Shown: positions 1 to 13,700 of the stretch, one piece after another
Position numbering within the stretch: the stretch's first letter is position 1
Layout of the letters: the number at the start of each line of letters is the position of its first letter
NCBI GenBank assembly: GCA_048772705.1
Contig: JBLWGC010000182.1
Location: 62,001-126,000, forward strand
DNA from: Leidyana gryllorum EB-2025a
Lineage: Eukaryota > Protista > Apicomplexa
Direction of reading: 5' to 3'
Length of the DNA: 64,000 bases
Made by a program: the position numbers and the translations under genes
Notes under the pieces: generated by a model
Told to the model about the DNA's origin: nothing
Databases searched by the model: none
What the model saw: the letters and a program-made list of their open reading frames with translations, nothing else

Positions 1-2573
1 ATACCTCGATAGTGGAAGGTGCGCGGCCCTATGAGCGGCAGATCGAGCGACTCTGACAATGCAGGTTTCTTTGATGTTCTACCTGTGGACCCAGGATCAG
101 GACAATTGGTTAGTTCCTACACAACAAATCCGTCTAAATCCCGAATATAGAAGCCAGTTAGGGTGGTAACGTTCAACAGCCCCCAATGGCCAACTGAGGA
201 CAGTGAGTGTTGACCACACTGTGAGCGACCATGTTGTGACACAGATGCTACTGTATCAATATCGTTCAATGGACAGCAGTATCACACTGGACCAAGACCT
301 GTCGTCTTGAGATTTCGAGGTACTCGGACCAATCATAGATCAATAATGGTGGTGCCGACTTTCTTACGCAGAGAACGCCTCTCTACTCAACAAAATGGTC
401 CGTCAAATTAAGGAGGTTCCGGAGTCCGTCGAGCATCCGGGAGTAACCGAACTCTGGGAGGAGAATTCGCTGGCGTCTGCTGTGAACAACAGCGTACTGG
501 GACTGCTGAATGTTCACAACGAGGAGCCAGAAACGGCAATGCTTTCTGTTGAGACGTCGATATCGCCATTCCACCAGTCTGGACTACGACGCGCTATCAA
601 TCACCATGGCAGACTGGGATCTACTGATCTTCTCAAACTGAAATTGGTCGACGGCAAAGGCAACGATTGGGTGCTCGCGAGACCTGTACGCACCAGTGAT
701 GTGCATCCCGACTTCCGCTTCCTGGCCGATGCCTTTGTCATGGTAAAGAGGACACTCATTATTCCTCCAACACGCACACACACACACACCTCAGACTATA
801 CTGACTGCGTTTCTGGGTGTCTTGGCGAGTGAGTGCTGCAAAGTTGTAAGAGAATGAGAAGGTGTCACAGCTTACTGCAAGGCACCAGCTGTGTTGGGCT
901 ATTTGTTAGCGGGACTTTTGGTGTCGAGTTCATCGCCGGTCTGGTTCCCCTATCACGTCCAACAAGCAATTCAAATGACCTCTCTGGCCAACTTTGGGGG
1001 AACAATGATGTTATTTGAGATAGGTGAGAGCGGACTGAAGGACCGGTTGTGCAGCAGCGACTCGTAGGTCGAAGTTTGACCCTTCAACGCTTTCTTAAAG
1101 TGGGTCGAGTACTGATCTGGGGCGGAGTAGGAGGATTGGTTATGGCCGCCGTTGTCTTCAGTGCCATCAGTTTGACATTGAGGTGAGACTATTCAATTTT
1201 ACAGAGAGTGTCGCGCATTCATTACAGATCATCGGTGGTGGAGGCCATAATCATTGGGTGGTATCTGATGATGTCGTCAACTGCATTGGTGTCTGCAGAA
1301 CTTGATCTGAATACCGAGCGTGCCAGGGTGAGATTATGGATCAGTCAACTAGTCAGGCGACTAAGGAATCGGGGATCCCAATTTAATCCCACTCCCACCG
1401 CAGACCCGTGTAGGTGACGCCATGGTGGCAATCTTGGTGCTCCAAGATGTGGCTTTGGGGCTTCAACTATCATCCATACCGTATCTCCGTCTGGCCCAGA
1501 TCAGGAGTACTCATGTGGAGGGTATCTTGAAGAATCGTATCATCCGGATTCTGGCCATCGGCTCATCTCTGGTGTTCCATCTTTGCGCACAGCTGCTGGT
1601 GTTCACTACGGTTGCTATTGCCATCTCTTTCATTCTGTTACCGATGATTTGGAGGATTCTCGCCCGCACTCGCAACGAAGAAGCATTTATGCTCAGCACT
1701 GTGGCATATATATTCATGATGGCTCTAGCTGCCGAAAGTGAGTTTACAGTCTCTGCCTATGTTTGTCTCTCTCTCCCTCTGTGTCTCCCTCTGTATCTCA
1801 ACGGCTTTCTTCATCGATCGATCAGAATGTGGGCTCTCCCTCGAGATGGGAGCATTTATCGCTGGTTTCGCCTACACACAGCTACCAGAGCCGTTGCTGC
1901 AGCTGAGCTCCAAGATGACGACTTCGATGAATCAACTGTTTTCTGCGCTATTCTTCTGCAGCATTGGTGGGTATCTGTGATTATCCGCCATACGAAAGGT
2001 TACAATCTCACAGGAATGTCGATGGATGTGGGATTTGTTGTACGTAACGTGTGGGTACTGATCATCACCTTCGTGTTTGTGGCCACCTTGAAAATGGTCA
2101 TGTTGGGTCCCTTGGTACGTTTCGGTTACGAGACCCCTCAGTTGAGTTGGATCGCTTTGCTCTTTGTTCAGCTTCGGTTTGGTGGCCGGTTGAGCACACC
2201 CACCTCCGTGCTGGTGGCGTGTGCTTTGTCTCACATTGGAGAGTGCGCATTTTTACTGTTGGGGAAGGCACATTCATACGGTTTGGTGTCACGGAGGGTG
2301 CATTTGCTGTTGATTGGGACGACATTTGTGAGTCTGTTGATGGCTCCATTGGTCCTGAAGGTCGTTCGGCGGCACCTGGAGCAAAACGAAGGAGTCGAGA
2401 TCGAAAAGGGAGACATAGAAATGTCGTCAGATGGACCACTGCACGACCAGCAACACGAAGGCATTTCTACGTGGACAATACACTCTACGCTGAAACCAAT
2501 AGCGGTAAGTCACAGAGAAAGGAGGGGAAAGAGAGGTCGTTGCGGCAGGGATCTCGGGTGGCTGGATGGGTGA
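1..2573 (+). CDS. K+/H+ antiporter, CPA2 family (KEA4-6/TMCO3-like), multi-exon, probably 5'-partial
   Basis: Spliced exons give LVDGKGNDWVLARP..D.RFLADAF, ILVLQDVALG, GLSLEMGAFIAG, LFSALFFCSIG, LSHIGECAFLL; GT-AG introns e.g. 743-793. Confidence 0.8.
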
Positions 2574-2731
2574 GTCTGTACTGGCAGTTCGTACAACGAT
2601 CATACTCATCGCTTATGGAGGCCTATGGGGGCAGCCAAAGGGGACGGGCATCAACAACAAGGGGTGTAGTGGAGCTGGCGACGTGCACATGAGTCAATCA
2701 TCACGTCATCACCATTAGCCTTCATCTCTCA

Positions 2732-4587
2732 TTATTTGGGCCTAGAATGGGAGGGATCTCGAATCACCTCCGGAGGTATGGCCGAGGTGATATAAACGCC
2801 CCGCTGGTTCTTCACCGCTGCCACAGGAACTTCACCTGGCATGCGATAGCGAGGATTCGCACCTCCTCGCGGCCTTAGTGAGCCTTGTTGCACTGCTCCG
2901 CCGTCTTCCTTGTTATGATTCTTCTGGTGGGGACTATTGTTGTTGTTGTTCAGAGGAAGCTGCTGAGGTGAGGGCAGTGGGGCGTAAGACTCCTGCAGTG
3001 GCAAGTGCTGCCAGTCAAAGACAAAATCATACGACAACGACTCCCGGAAAAACAGCTCCTTCAATAACCGTCGGCAGTATGTATAATCCGGAGTATCCCA
3101 GAAGTTCAAGTTTCGAGTGTAACGTAGATATTCCCCAAACTCCTTCGGAAGGTTGCCACATAATTGCTCAACACTCGTGTGAACCTTAATGTCCATTATC
3201 TTTTCGTACTTATCCTTCTTAGAAGTCGCCTTCAGCCCTTGCCATGGCAACACTCCATTCACGAAGTACAAAAACACGTATGCCAGAGACTCCAAATCGT
3301 CCCTCCGTGCTTGCTCCGCCCCTTGATGCGTGTTGATAGACACATAACGAGCGGTCCCTGTCAGATTCTTGTTTTCCCGGTACGGAATGTGCTCCAAAGT
3401 CTTGGGATCGCGGTATCTTTTTGCCAAGCCGAAATCTATCACAAATACAATGCGATCCGTCTGGCGACGACCCATCAAGAAATTGTGAGGCTTTATATCC
3501 CGGTGGATTATCAGCTTGCTGTGCACATACTCGATCCGTTGCAACATCTGATCAGCCAGCATTAGAGTGGACTTGAGAGAAAACTTTCTGCCACAGTGCG
3601 TAAACAATTCCTCCAATGAAGGACCAAGGAGGTCCATCACCAGAATATTCCATTCTCCTTCCGTTCCGTACCAGTGCACAGTGGGCACGCCAACCCCACC
3701 TGAAAAGGGATCATAAATGATTGATAATGGTTTCAGACTCGGCGAATGGAAACATAAACGCAACGGACCGGACCAACCGCTCCCAGCTTCCAAAATGCAC
3801 CGCCCCGCTTATCAGATGCCCGCGTGTGGTGTGTCTCGCGCCCGGTGGGAGGGCACGGCACACACACAGGCTCCGAGCTGTTCTCGGCACCGGAGCGCAG
3901 GATGTTATCAACGGCTTAATAATACATGAATTTCACATATGCCACAGAGGCAGATTAGGTGTGGAGGAGGTTGACAACCATTCTTCACACCCACACTTTG
4001 TCTCTTGTTGCAGTGAGTGGTAAGAAATGGGTATTCCAAACAGTCAAACACGGAATACCGCCCATCGGTGAAAAGAGAGGTCTCCGCCCGACTTTGCCGA
4101 TCAATGGAAGGGGAGGAGGTGGTCGGCCGGTTGGTTTGGGCGAGGTGATGGGACAGCCGTTCTGGGTTGACGTACCGTTGAGAGACTTCATTAGTTTGCT
4201 TTCATGCATGAGATGGGGGTTGCGACGGTGGGTAGGTTCCATTTTGACGGCGACTTCTTCTCCAGTCGCAATGTGTACTCCAAGATGAATCTCGCCGAAT
4301 GAGCCCGAGCCAATTTGGCGGTTAAGGCGCCATCTGCCAGCGACATGCTGTGGCTTGGTGGACACAGCCATTGAGGGTGATGCAGAAGAAGCAGGATTAG
4401 TGGTGGGAGTAGGACGAAGGGGTCGCGTGGGTCCAGCTCGGAAATCCACTAAGCGGGGCGGAGGTGTGGTTTGGGTGACTCTCTTAAGGGGAGAGGAGTT
4501 ACGCCCTCCGAAGAGTGCTGAGGCTTGGAGGACCTGTGGGGAGTGTGGATCGACGACTTCTACTGAAACGTTACTCGCAACAGGCAT
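2732..4587 (-). CDS. CK1: Casein kinase 1 (2 exons; intron 3700-4175; alternative start at 4371)
   Basis: [67 protein letters not shown]. Confidence 0.95.
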
Positions 4588-4641
4588 CCATCCTCTGCTC
4601 GTTTTTTTACCCTTCGACCAACACTTATCCAGTTAAAAGAT

Positions 4642-5121
4642 TCATGCACGACTACTAACTGCGGTATGGCACAATACCCAAGTCAGCTAGAACAACCATA
4701 ACGAACTATTCTGTTGCTACACTTACCAGAAACAGCTGCAATGTCGGTCCCAAGGACTCGGTCACCATCTCATACCCCTCTAGGCAGTCATCCGGAATCT
4801 GCAGACGAGTCTTGAGCATAGTCCCCATCAATGTCATCACAGCCAGGAATACCCCCACGCCTCCAATGCCACTAAATCCCGCGAACCCAGCGACCAGTCC
4901 CATTGCGATGGCATATGCCACCTTCACCCAAAACAGTAACTCCTTCACATCAGCCTGGGGGGAAGAACGATAACACCAGACGCGTCCCGTCGCTTATTCA
5001 CCTGTTTCCATTGGGGCGAAGGATTCTTCAGTCCATCCTTCAGAAGCCAATATAGGCGCAGAGCGCTGTCGGTTTTGGGCAGCAAAGAGGAGAAAGAGTC
5101 CACCTCCTCAGTTGGGGGCAT
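4642..5121 (-). CDS. Rab5-interacting protein / EMC6-like small membrane protein (3 exons)
   Basis: ELLFWVKVAYAIAMGLVAGFAGFSGIGG...YEMVTESLGPTLQLFLLTWVLCHT matches the Rab5ip family pattern. Confidence 0.7.
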
Positions 5122-5151
5122 CTTGGTCACCAAAAGTCTTTTGGGCTGCAA

Positions 5152-8100
5152 ATGATCACTTCACTTATCGTCTTGGTACTCGCACATCTTAGCTTGACCG
5201 CCGCTGGCTTTACGTTACAGAACAACGCTTCGACATGCTCAACAACGTGGCCTTCAGTTGAACTCCATTGCCCCCCAATCTGTCATAAACGACCTACTTC
5301 GGACACTGATTATCGTGAACTATGTGGTGTTGATGCTGACAAAGGCTACTCAGATTGCGCTGAGGGTGAAGTGCTCTTCCTGGACGGACGCTGCTATGAT
5401 CCAAGTGTCCGCTGCGGTTCCGGCACGGCCGTCAAAGACGCTTTAGGTACATATAAGACTATGGCTTTCTCCCCAATACTGACTGACTGACCTTCTCAGG
5501 GATCCATACTTGTGATCCACCTATCAATGAAATGACGAATCCATGTGATCAGGCAATAAAAGACACCTATATCGCTTGCCCTCCGCAGAACGTCACCGCC
5601 ACCGACTGGTCGTGGTCCGCTGATGTCAATCCACCGTACAAAGAAACCATGAAAGTGTGCTCATCAGCACGGGACAAAACCTTGACTGTCCTCACTGGAC
5701 GACGAGAAGTCCAAGAAGGCTATCTACAGCCTCCCAAGCATGAGAATGCTCGAGTCAAACATGTGAGCTCCACACACACACACACCCTCCTCAACTCTCA
5801 TCAATCAACAGAAAGGAGTCTCTTGGATCTTTATAACCATCTACTCAGTATCGGCGGCCGTCCTACTGACTTGGGCAATATACCGTCAAGTCAGCAACAG
5901 AAAAGTCAGACACTCAATCGCGGCACCGGTCATGCGTCTCACGGAGATGCCCTATCAACAAGAACTCCAGCAAGGTGCTGATGACATTCTCGGAGAGCAC
6001 CAATCTCACGAGACCAACGACCAGAAGGATCTCCCCATTGAACGTCAACACACTGGTTTGGACTCTCGTGGTACCCCGTTCGTTCGGAGTGGTACTCTCG
6101 CCGGTATCAAAGGAGGAGTTCTCCTCCAAACATCCTTCATGGGTCAAAAGGGTCAAGTGAACTCTCGTCTTGGAACCACGGCGTTCTGGATGTTGATCGT
6201 CTGTGTCTTCCTTCAGCCGTTCCGACTCTTCATGTGAGTGCCCAATCGGACCCCAGCTGTGGACATCTCTCTTCCCCAGGATGATACTTGACGCGTACGG
6301 CTTCTTCGGTCAATCATTCTGTCCCGAGAGATCTGCCGCATGTATTGAGAAGAGTAACTACGACTACTCGTGGCGTCAAGGTGAGCTCACAGCACGAGAA
6401 GGGGTCGAGATCAGACTGCTTCTTCCCCGTTAGGGTGGCGATGCACTGCTCACTGCTGGATTTCGGATGAATGGAGTACGGGCGTCGATCACTTCTGGCC
6501 TTACACTCGCCATTCCGGAGGTGGCAAAATGTACCTGTTGTACTTTTTGCAAACTTGGATCGCTGGAGTCATCGTCGTGGCTCTGCTCCTTGTGGCTCGT
6601 CGTCAGATCCGCCGTCTATTCCGCCTGGATGCCACTCTGTTGACCGCAAAGTACGTCGAAGTCACTGTCCCGGGCCGCACCAAAATCCGAGTCGAAGCTA
6701 AGAAAGGTGGCTGTATCGAACGCTTCACCGATTGGTGCGATACCTGGACGGAGAAACTCATGCGTCAGGACAAACATCGAGAGCTTTGCCGAGTCCACCT
6801 TGACCAGACAGATACTCGGTGGTTTGAATTCCGATCGGAAAGATTTATCTGGTCCAATTCCCGTCAAGAATTCGTTCGAGCCGCTGTAGAACTTGGACCC
6901 GACTGTACCACAATTATTGCGAACGCACCCCTCAAAACAGGTCTTTCCGAAACCGAAGCACGAGCTCGGTACTCTATACTCGGACCCAACGTTGTACATA
7001 TCCCAGTAACCTCAATAGGCCGAGCTGTCTGCGAGGAAATTCAACGACTTGACTTCGTATACCAGCTATTCTGTTTGTCGGTGTGGTACGTCTTCTACTA
7101 TTCATTGGCCGCCACTCTAGTGCTCCTCGTCATCTTGGGAACATCAATTTTACGTATTGTGAACAAACAATCCAACCAAAGGAGACTCCGTCAACTCGCG
7201 CTTCTTCCCAAGGATGTTCTGACACTCCGTGACGGAGCTGAAACCTTCGTTGGGGCGGAGAAGATCACTGTGGGTGATATCGTCATATTGCGTGATCAGC
7301 AAGAGGTTCCTGGAGACATGGTTCTTCTGAGTGGTGAGTCTACTTCACACACGTGTGCTTGTAGCACCGCATTTCAGGCCATTGTGTGACTAATGAGGCT
7401 ACGCTGACTGGTGAACCCAATCCGGTACCAAAAGGCAGTTTGCAGCCTATTCCACGGGTATATGAACCTCGCGGAGTGGACGTTAAATCTACAGTATTTG
7501 CTGGGACTACTATTACAACCGCCAGTGATGATGCTCGAGCAATGGTGGTCGCTATCGGACCGCAGTCCACACGAGGGCACGTGCTGACGCAAATATTGAC
7601 TCCAACGACAGTCAAGTTCAAGTTTGAGCGACATTGGAGAGCCATTTTTCCCATTCTGATGATATGGGGAATCATTAATGTGATTATAGGTGTTTACTGT
7701 ATTGACTGGGAACTTGAGGGCTGGTTCTACGGCATCTTTACCATATCGCAAGTGATCAGCCCTTTGATACCAGCAGTCTTTGTGGCGGGTCAGGCTGTAG
7801 TGGCTCGGCGGCTGCAGAAGCTCAAGATCTACTGTGTTGCGCTCCAAAGGTAATGTCTCGATGACAAGTTTGGTCCAAAATGCTTGATGGTAGGACTCTG
7901 GTGTCTGGAAAAGTGAAGGTGGTTTGTTTCGATAAGACTGGGACGCTGACACAGTCGGGTGTGTCAATGATGATGACTGTGCCATACTTGGCAGACAGGG
8001 GTATCTGCGGAACTCCGATTGCGAGTATCGATTCCCCCGATCTCCAAGGTGTGCATCGAGAATTGGGTTGGGCTCTGAGGACTTGCCATGAGGTCCAACT

Positions 8101-10283
8101 GAAGACGGACGGGTCACATATCGGAGGTGATGTGGATTTGGGGATCTTTGAGTGGACTCAAGCGGAATTAATCATCGACAAGCCGTTGGGGATTCACCGA
8201 ATTAGTGATCGTCGGACTAATGGGAGCCGTAATATCATCCGAGTCTTTGAGTTCCAGCGCACAACGATGACGTCTTCAGTGATGACTCAGGAGGAGAATG
8301 GGGATTCAGAAGGGTATACAGCATACACCAAGGGCAGTTGGGAAGCCATTCGAGCGCTGTGTGCGACAGCGCCAAGCGATCAAATCGAGCAAGAAGTGAG
8401 ATCTTTGTGCTCAAAAGGGTATTATGTGATTGCGATTGGGCGGAAGATGCTGCCAGCGGGCAGCAGTACAGTTGATCGAAGTCTATGTGAGACTGGTCTC
8501 GACTTACTGGGATTGGTGGTTTTCAACAATGAGTTGTTACCTGACACCCCGTCCGTGATAAATGATCTGACCAATGGCGACTGTCGGTGTGTCATGGTGA
8601 CTGGCGACAATCCATTGACAGCGACTAAGGTGGCGCTTGACTGTGGCATAATTCACGATGGCCGACCGACAATAGTTGTTGACGTCACCTCAGATGGGCA
8701 GGAACTGTTCATTCGGAATCTGCAGACGGGGGCTGTGATCTCCAGCCTTACGGCACTCGGTCAGGAATTGCGGGATGAACCTCACTGGCTGACCGTAACT
8801 GGCGGGGCGTTGACGTTAGTCTCGCAGCTCCCCGTATTCCAGAGTATCACAGAAGAAATATCAAACAGTTGCCGTGTGTTTGCCAGAATGACTCCAATAC
8901 AAAAGGAAGAAGTGGTATCGCTGTTTATGAGGTCGAGTGTCACAGCAATGGTCGGTGATGGTGCCAATGATGTAGCGGCTTTGGAGAGATCGCACTGTGG
9001 GATCGCTGTGCGCACGGGTGATCCAACAGCATCTCAGGAAGCTGCTTCTGTTGCTCACTTTGCAGCCGAAGCTGACAGCATTCGGACTGTGGAGCACATT
9101 CTGCGGCATGGGCGATGTGGTTTATCGAGCACCACTGTCGCTTATAAGAATCTGATAATATATGGGGAAATAATGGTTATGTTATCCTTCATTGAGATGT
9201 ATTTGCATATAGTACCGCCTGAAGCATACTGGATAATGGTTGATGCGGTTGTGAACTCGGGTATGACGTGGGCAATTTTGAGAAGCCGCCCGGCCAAATC
9301 CCTGGCGCCTACCCGACCTTCCAGTAGTCTATTGGGCTCAGAAATACTCATTAGTACAGGTCTTCAGATTGCTCTCAATTGGATCTGGATGGCAGCCATT
9401 CTTATGACTCTGTGGGGTCAAGACTGGTTCGGGTGCCGCAAGTTTGATAGCGGCCATGTTGACCACGGTGAGATATATGGGATGACACTTTGAGCCTTCC
9501 TATGTGTGAACAGCAAATTGGTGGGAGAAAGGAGACAACTACGAGGCAGCCACGCTCGGCCTGGTCGGCATCTTCCAGTGGATCACAGCGGCTCCGGTCT
9601 TAAACTTTGGGTAAGTGATGGTGGCTATCGCCACTTTCACTCCTTCGATTCTTCATCTCTCTCTGTGTGCAGAGGAAAGTTCAGACGCAATTGGTTCCGA
9701 AACTGGGAGGTCCCAGTGCTGTGGGTGGCCTTTCTGTGTGTTGGCTTTGTGCTCATCTGGACGACCGCGAACGGGTTCACCTGTATGTTCAGGACCAACT
9801 GTGGTGACGCAACCCTACTGAACTACTGGCACCAACACGGCAGTCCCGCCGACTTTCCCACCATTGGATCCAGCGTCACTGCCTCGAGGCTCATCCCGGC
9901 AGGTTGCGCCTGCCTCGGGCCCCCCGAAGACTTGTGTGAGAACGAGTACCGGCCCGCAGAGTATTTGGAAGATGGGGCCGTTTGTTCGGATTACTTCCAT
10001 TCGGTAGGTATTGGAGCCACCAGATCTGTCTCGTTCATAAGTGAGCTAGGCCTTCCATCACAACGTGTTCCCGTTCGCCTGGCGGTGGGATCTGACGCTT
10101 ATGCTTTTGGGCAATTTGCTATCGTGCTTTTTGGTGGAGCGCCTGGTTGTTGGAGGGCCCATAGGGCGGATTTTCCGGCGACGGAGGGCTTGCGAGTCGG
10201 GCAGACGCATCCACCCCTCAGACGCACCCGTTACTGATACTGCCTCGTTGCTTAGAAACTCAATAGAAGAGGAAGATTTTTAA
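5152..10283 (+). CDS. P5-type ATPase (ATP13A-like) with N-terminal signal peptide and Cys-rich ectodomain, multi-exon
   Basis: LTGE, CFDKTGTLT, YTKGSWE, MVTGDNPLTA, VFARMTP.QK, MVGDGAND; 5' exons splice in frame from ATG 5152. Confidence 0.9.
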
Positions 10284-10285
10284 AT

Positions 10286-10725
10286 ATGCATTCTGCTGGC
10301 ATACCCAAATTCCAACTTGACGTCGTTGATCGACTATGTAAGGCAGCTGGAGAGTTCTTCGGTGGAAAGATTGATACCAATGCTCTCGAATTCAAAACTA
10401 TCGCAAATAGCGCCGTGTACTATCTCCCACAAGTAAGTCACCCATCCTGGATGGACCCACGAACGGTACACACACACACCCACCCCCTTACCAGGATCTC
10501 GCTGTGGCGGGTACTGCCGTTGTGGCAACGGACCGCGCTCATCGAAAGATGAACCCGAAGCACCACTGGCCCAACCAACAACAGGGACTTGCCCACTTCC
10601 TGAGGTAAGAGCGGTGTGCCACCACCAAACTCCAGTACTCTGCTCCCCGCAGCATGAAGCAACTGTCTTCTGACGAGGTGAAGATTACCAAGAAACGGGG
10701 TGCAGTAGTAGTCAACCTCATTTGA
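10286..10725 (+). CDS. Small hypothetical protein (~110 aa, 3 exons)
   Basis: ATG 10286, two canonical short introns (gtaagt..cag, gtaaga..cag) join an open frame ending ..KKRGAVVVNLI*. Confidence 0.5.
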
Positions 10726-10784
10726 GAGCTTATTAGTGTCTGAGTGTGTGGCGAAACCGGCGGTGTCAATTTCAAGGTGCTCGT

Positions 10785-13700
10785 ATGGCTGGCACCACTG
10801 GAGTGTCCCGCCTGGAGAAAGCGCCCCTTATCATTGACACAGGGCCTCCTCAAACTTTCCTGGCACATGGGAGGGTTCAAAATAACATGTCAAATGGGCC
10901 TTCTGCCTTTATGAGTTTAAGTAGTCATCTTGCTGGGGCTCCTACACCACCAACTAGAGGATTTGTACCATGTATACGGGAAGATGACGCCTCCTCTTCG
11001 TGCTCCTCGACCAGTGGGGAAAATGGGCCTAATTTCGGCCAAAACGCTACGGAGCCGCCCACCACCCCCTATACGGGTCAACGAGTCTCCAAGGCTCTCT
11101 TTACTGATGACAACGTGGACATGAAGCTGCCGGGCGTGGAGTTCGGACTCAGCCCTCAGATACGCAGGCAGATGGAAGAAGAGAGAGCGGCAGCTTCCAC
11201 ATTAGAAACCGGCGTCGCTCCCGAGGCCCCTGAGTTGGAAGACGAGGCACCGGGTGAGAAGGTTGAGATCCGGGCCCCGCCTCCCAGTCCACCTGCAACT
11301 GCCCAGAGACGCGGCGGGCCTCCAGCCGCGAGAGAAAGCGACTCTTCCTCAGAAGACTCCCAATTGGGATCTGATATTGATGACGAAGGCAGGGTAGGGC
11401 GCGAAAATGTGCCTACTTCCGTGCCACGGCCACAGGGTCGTCCTAGAGTCAGAGGGTATGAAAAGCCAAGCGGGAAGGCGGTACCACCAAAGGGTCCTGT
11501 GACACAGCCTATGGGTCCGCCCACTCGCGAGGAGAAGGTCAAAGCTATACTTTCACAAGCAATTCCGAGCACTCGGCGAGGAGCGTATGGGTTCAATATG
11601 AAACCACTGCCCCAGGGCTATGTGCCCAGTCCGATGATGTTTGGGGGTGCGAGAGAGCTGATACCGGGCGTACCGGGCGCGCTGAGTGCTAGAGCCTTCT
11701 GCATGCCGGACAAGGTTGAGAATCTGCTTGTTGGAGACTCCGAGTACGAGGAGTTTGTCAAATCTATAGAAGACACCGCATTCAACCCCGCGCTGCGAGG
11801 ACAGGACCAGATCGAGGCGAGTCGGGTGATTGCCGAACTGACCACAGTAATGGCGGAACAACAGACTGATGCAATGTTCAGAACCTTTGGCAAAGATATG
11901 TGTGTAGAACTGGAGTCTGGTGATTATATCATCAATGAAGACAGTCAGAATGATACCGCGGGTGTTTTCCACCGTCGCGTTGTTAATGAGAGGTTGCGGT
12001 CGACTACACTGCGGTTGGTGGTCAGACACCTTCGGGAGAACTATCACTTACTTTCCCAACAGGGAGAAGAGGTGGGGAAGGCCGGAGGCGTATTGAGCAT
12101 CTTGCGTAATACCATAGATGTCTGCGATCTTTACCATCGATTGCACTACGAGGTGTATTCCGAGAGCTATCCTCAGTCTCACTTGGGACAGATGATAGAG
12201 TGGGTGCGGCGAGCAGACCACTCCTTCAGTCTCAAGAGCACCCTGGACCGCTATGTCAACCTAAAAGGTACCTACCCTGAGGACGGTGGTGCCGGTGATG
12301 ACATATGCCGTCTCTTCATATATGGGTACTTCAAAGAGGCATTGCAGCTGGCGCGACAACTCTTGGGTGATCGCGAGGATGATGTCTTTTCGGAGTTGCA
12401 GTCGGCCATCACCACACATCTTGGCCCCCCAAACGCTTTGCCCCGAGATGTTGCCGAGAATCTTCACCCATTCCGGAATGTAAAAGGTTTCAATCTCTTC
12501 CGCGCCCGTCTGGCAATGTTCCGGTCGCGAGTTCCCTCAAGCCACATACTTCACATGTCGTTCACAGTATTGGGCGACTATGATGAGGATGCCCCTCGAG
12601 GCCCAACCCGGATGACGCTGGGTCGTCAGCATTTCTGCCGTATCATCGGCCGGTCAGGTCACGCATTCCGGGGACTCTTGACGAATGAAACATCCAAAGA
12701 CCTTCTCACCTACCTACTCAAGGATAGAATGGGACATCGGAAGGACGCGAGCCCAGACATTGCGGCTGTCTTCATCGTTTATCAATTCTTGTTCGGTGAC
12801 CACTTCTGCTCGACAGCGGTAACGCAGGGATGGCCTGCCATGCAAGAGGCTTTCCAACTGTTCTGGAATCAGGTACCCGAAGGTGGCTTGAACAGACTCA
12901 AGTGTTGTACCCCCATCGAGTGCGTCCATGTTCTCAACATGTTAGGGGACACTGACAATGTCGTCCGCCTTCTCGCCCGGATTCGCGGCCTCTATCTCCC
13001 TCTGACAGTACTCTCACTGTCTTTCCATATGGTTCACGACTTTGTCAACTTCAAGTTGAACCTCTTGAGGGAAATAGTCGCGCCTGTTGTCCTTGACGCA
13101 GCAACAGTCATTGCTCCCGTCCTTGGCTGGGACGCGGCTGCCATCACTACTCTTCAGTCTCTCTTACGTCCTCACCTCCTGAACATCGCCTTCTTGAGGG
13201 TCCGTGACATGCCGATGCGCATTCTCCCACGTACTCTGATATATAACTTGTCTCACGCCTTTGATTCCTTCGCCGAGATTTGGGCCCTGTGTCTTACCGC
13301 AGGGGCCATTTGCAAGTCCCCCAGCGAGGCTCACGAAGCACGATATGAGGTTCTCAAAGTGAGTGTCTTGTCCGCACATCCAACCAACAGTCTCACCTCC
13401 GCAGAATTCCATGTTGGACGTTTCTACCCAATGTATTACCCGTGTTGCCTTGTCAGTGGCCTTATTGAAAACTGCGCAACTTGGGCTGCTGCATTGGCTC
13501 ATGGACTCATTGGCAAACGATGTGACCAGGAAAACTACGCACCCACCCCCCAAATGGGTCCTCAAATCGGCCACATTGATCAACGGCTGGCTTAAATATG
13601 CAGAAAAGAACCGAGGTAAGCCAGAACACTCAAATCCAAGACCATCGATTTCCTCTCCATCCGTCAGATATTGATACAGCAATCGATGAGCTGGCCGACA

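Noticed and set aside
771-10479. (CA)n tracts inside several short introns (771-789, 5771-5784, 10468-10479)
   Set aside because: Simple microsatellites; no evidence of function from this window alone
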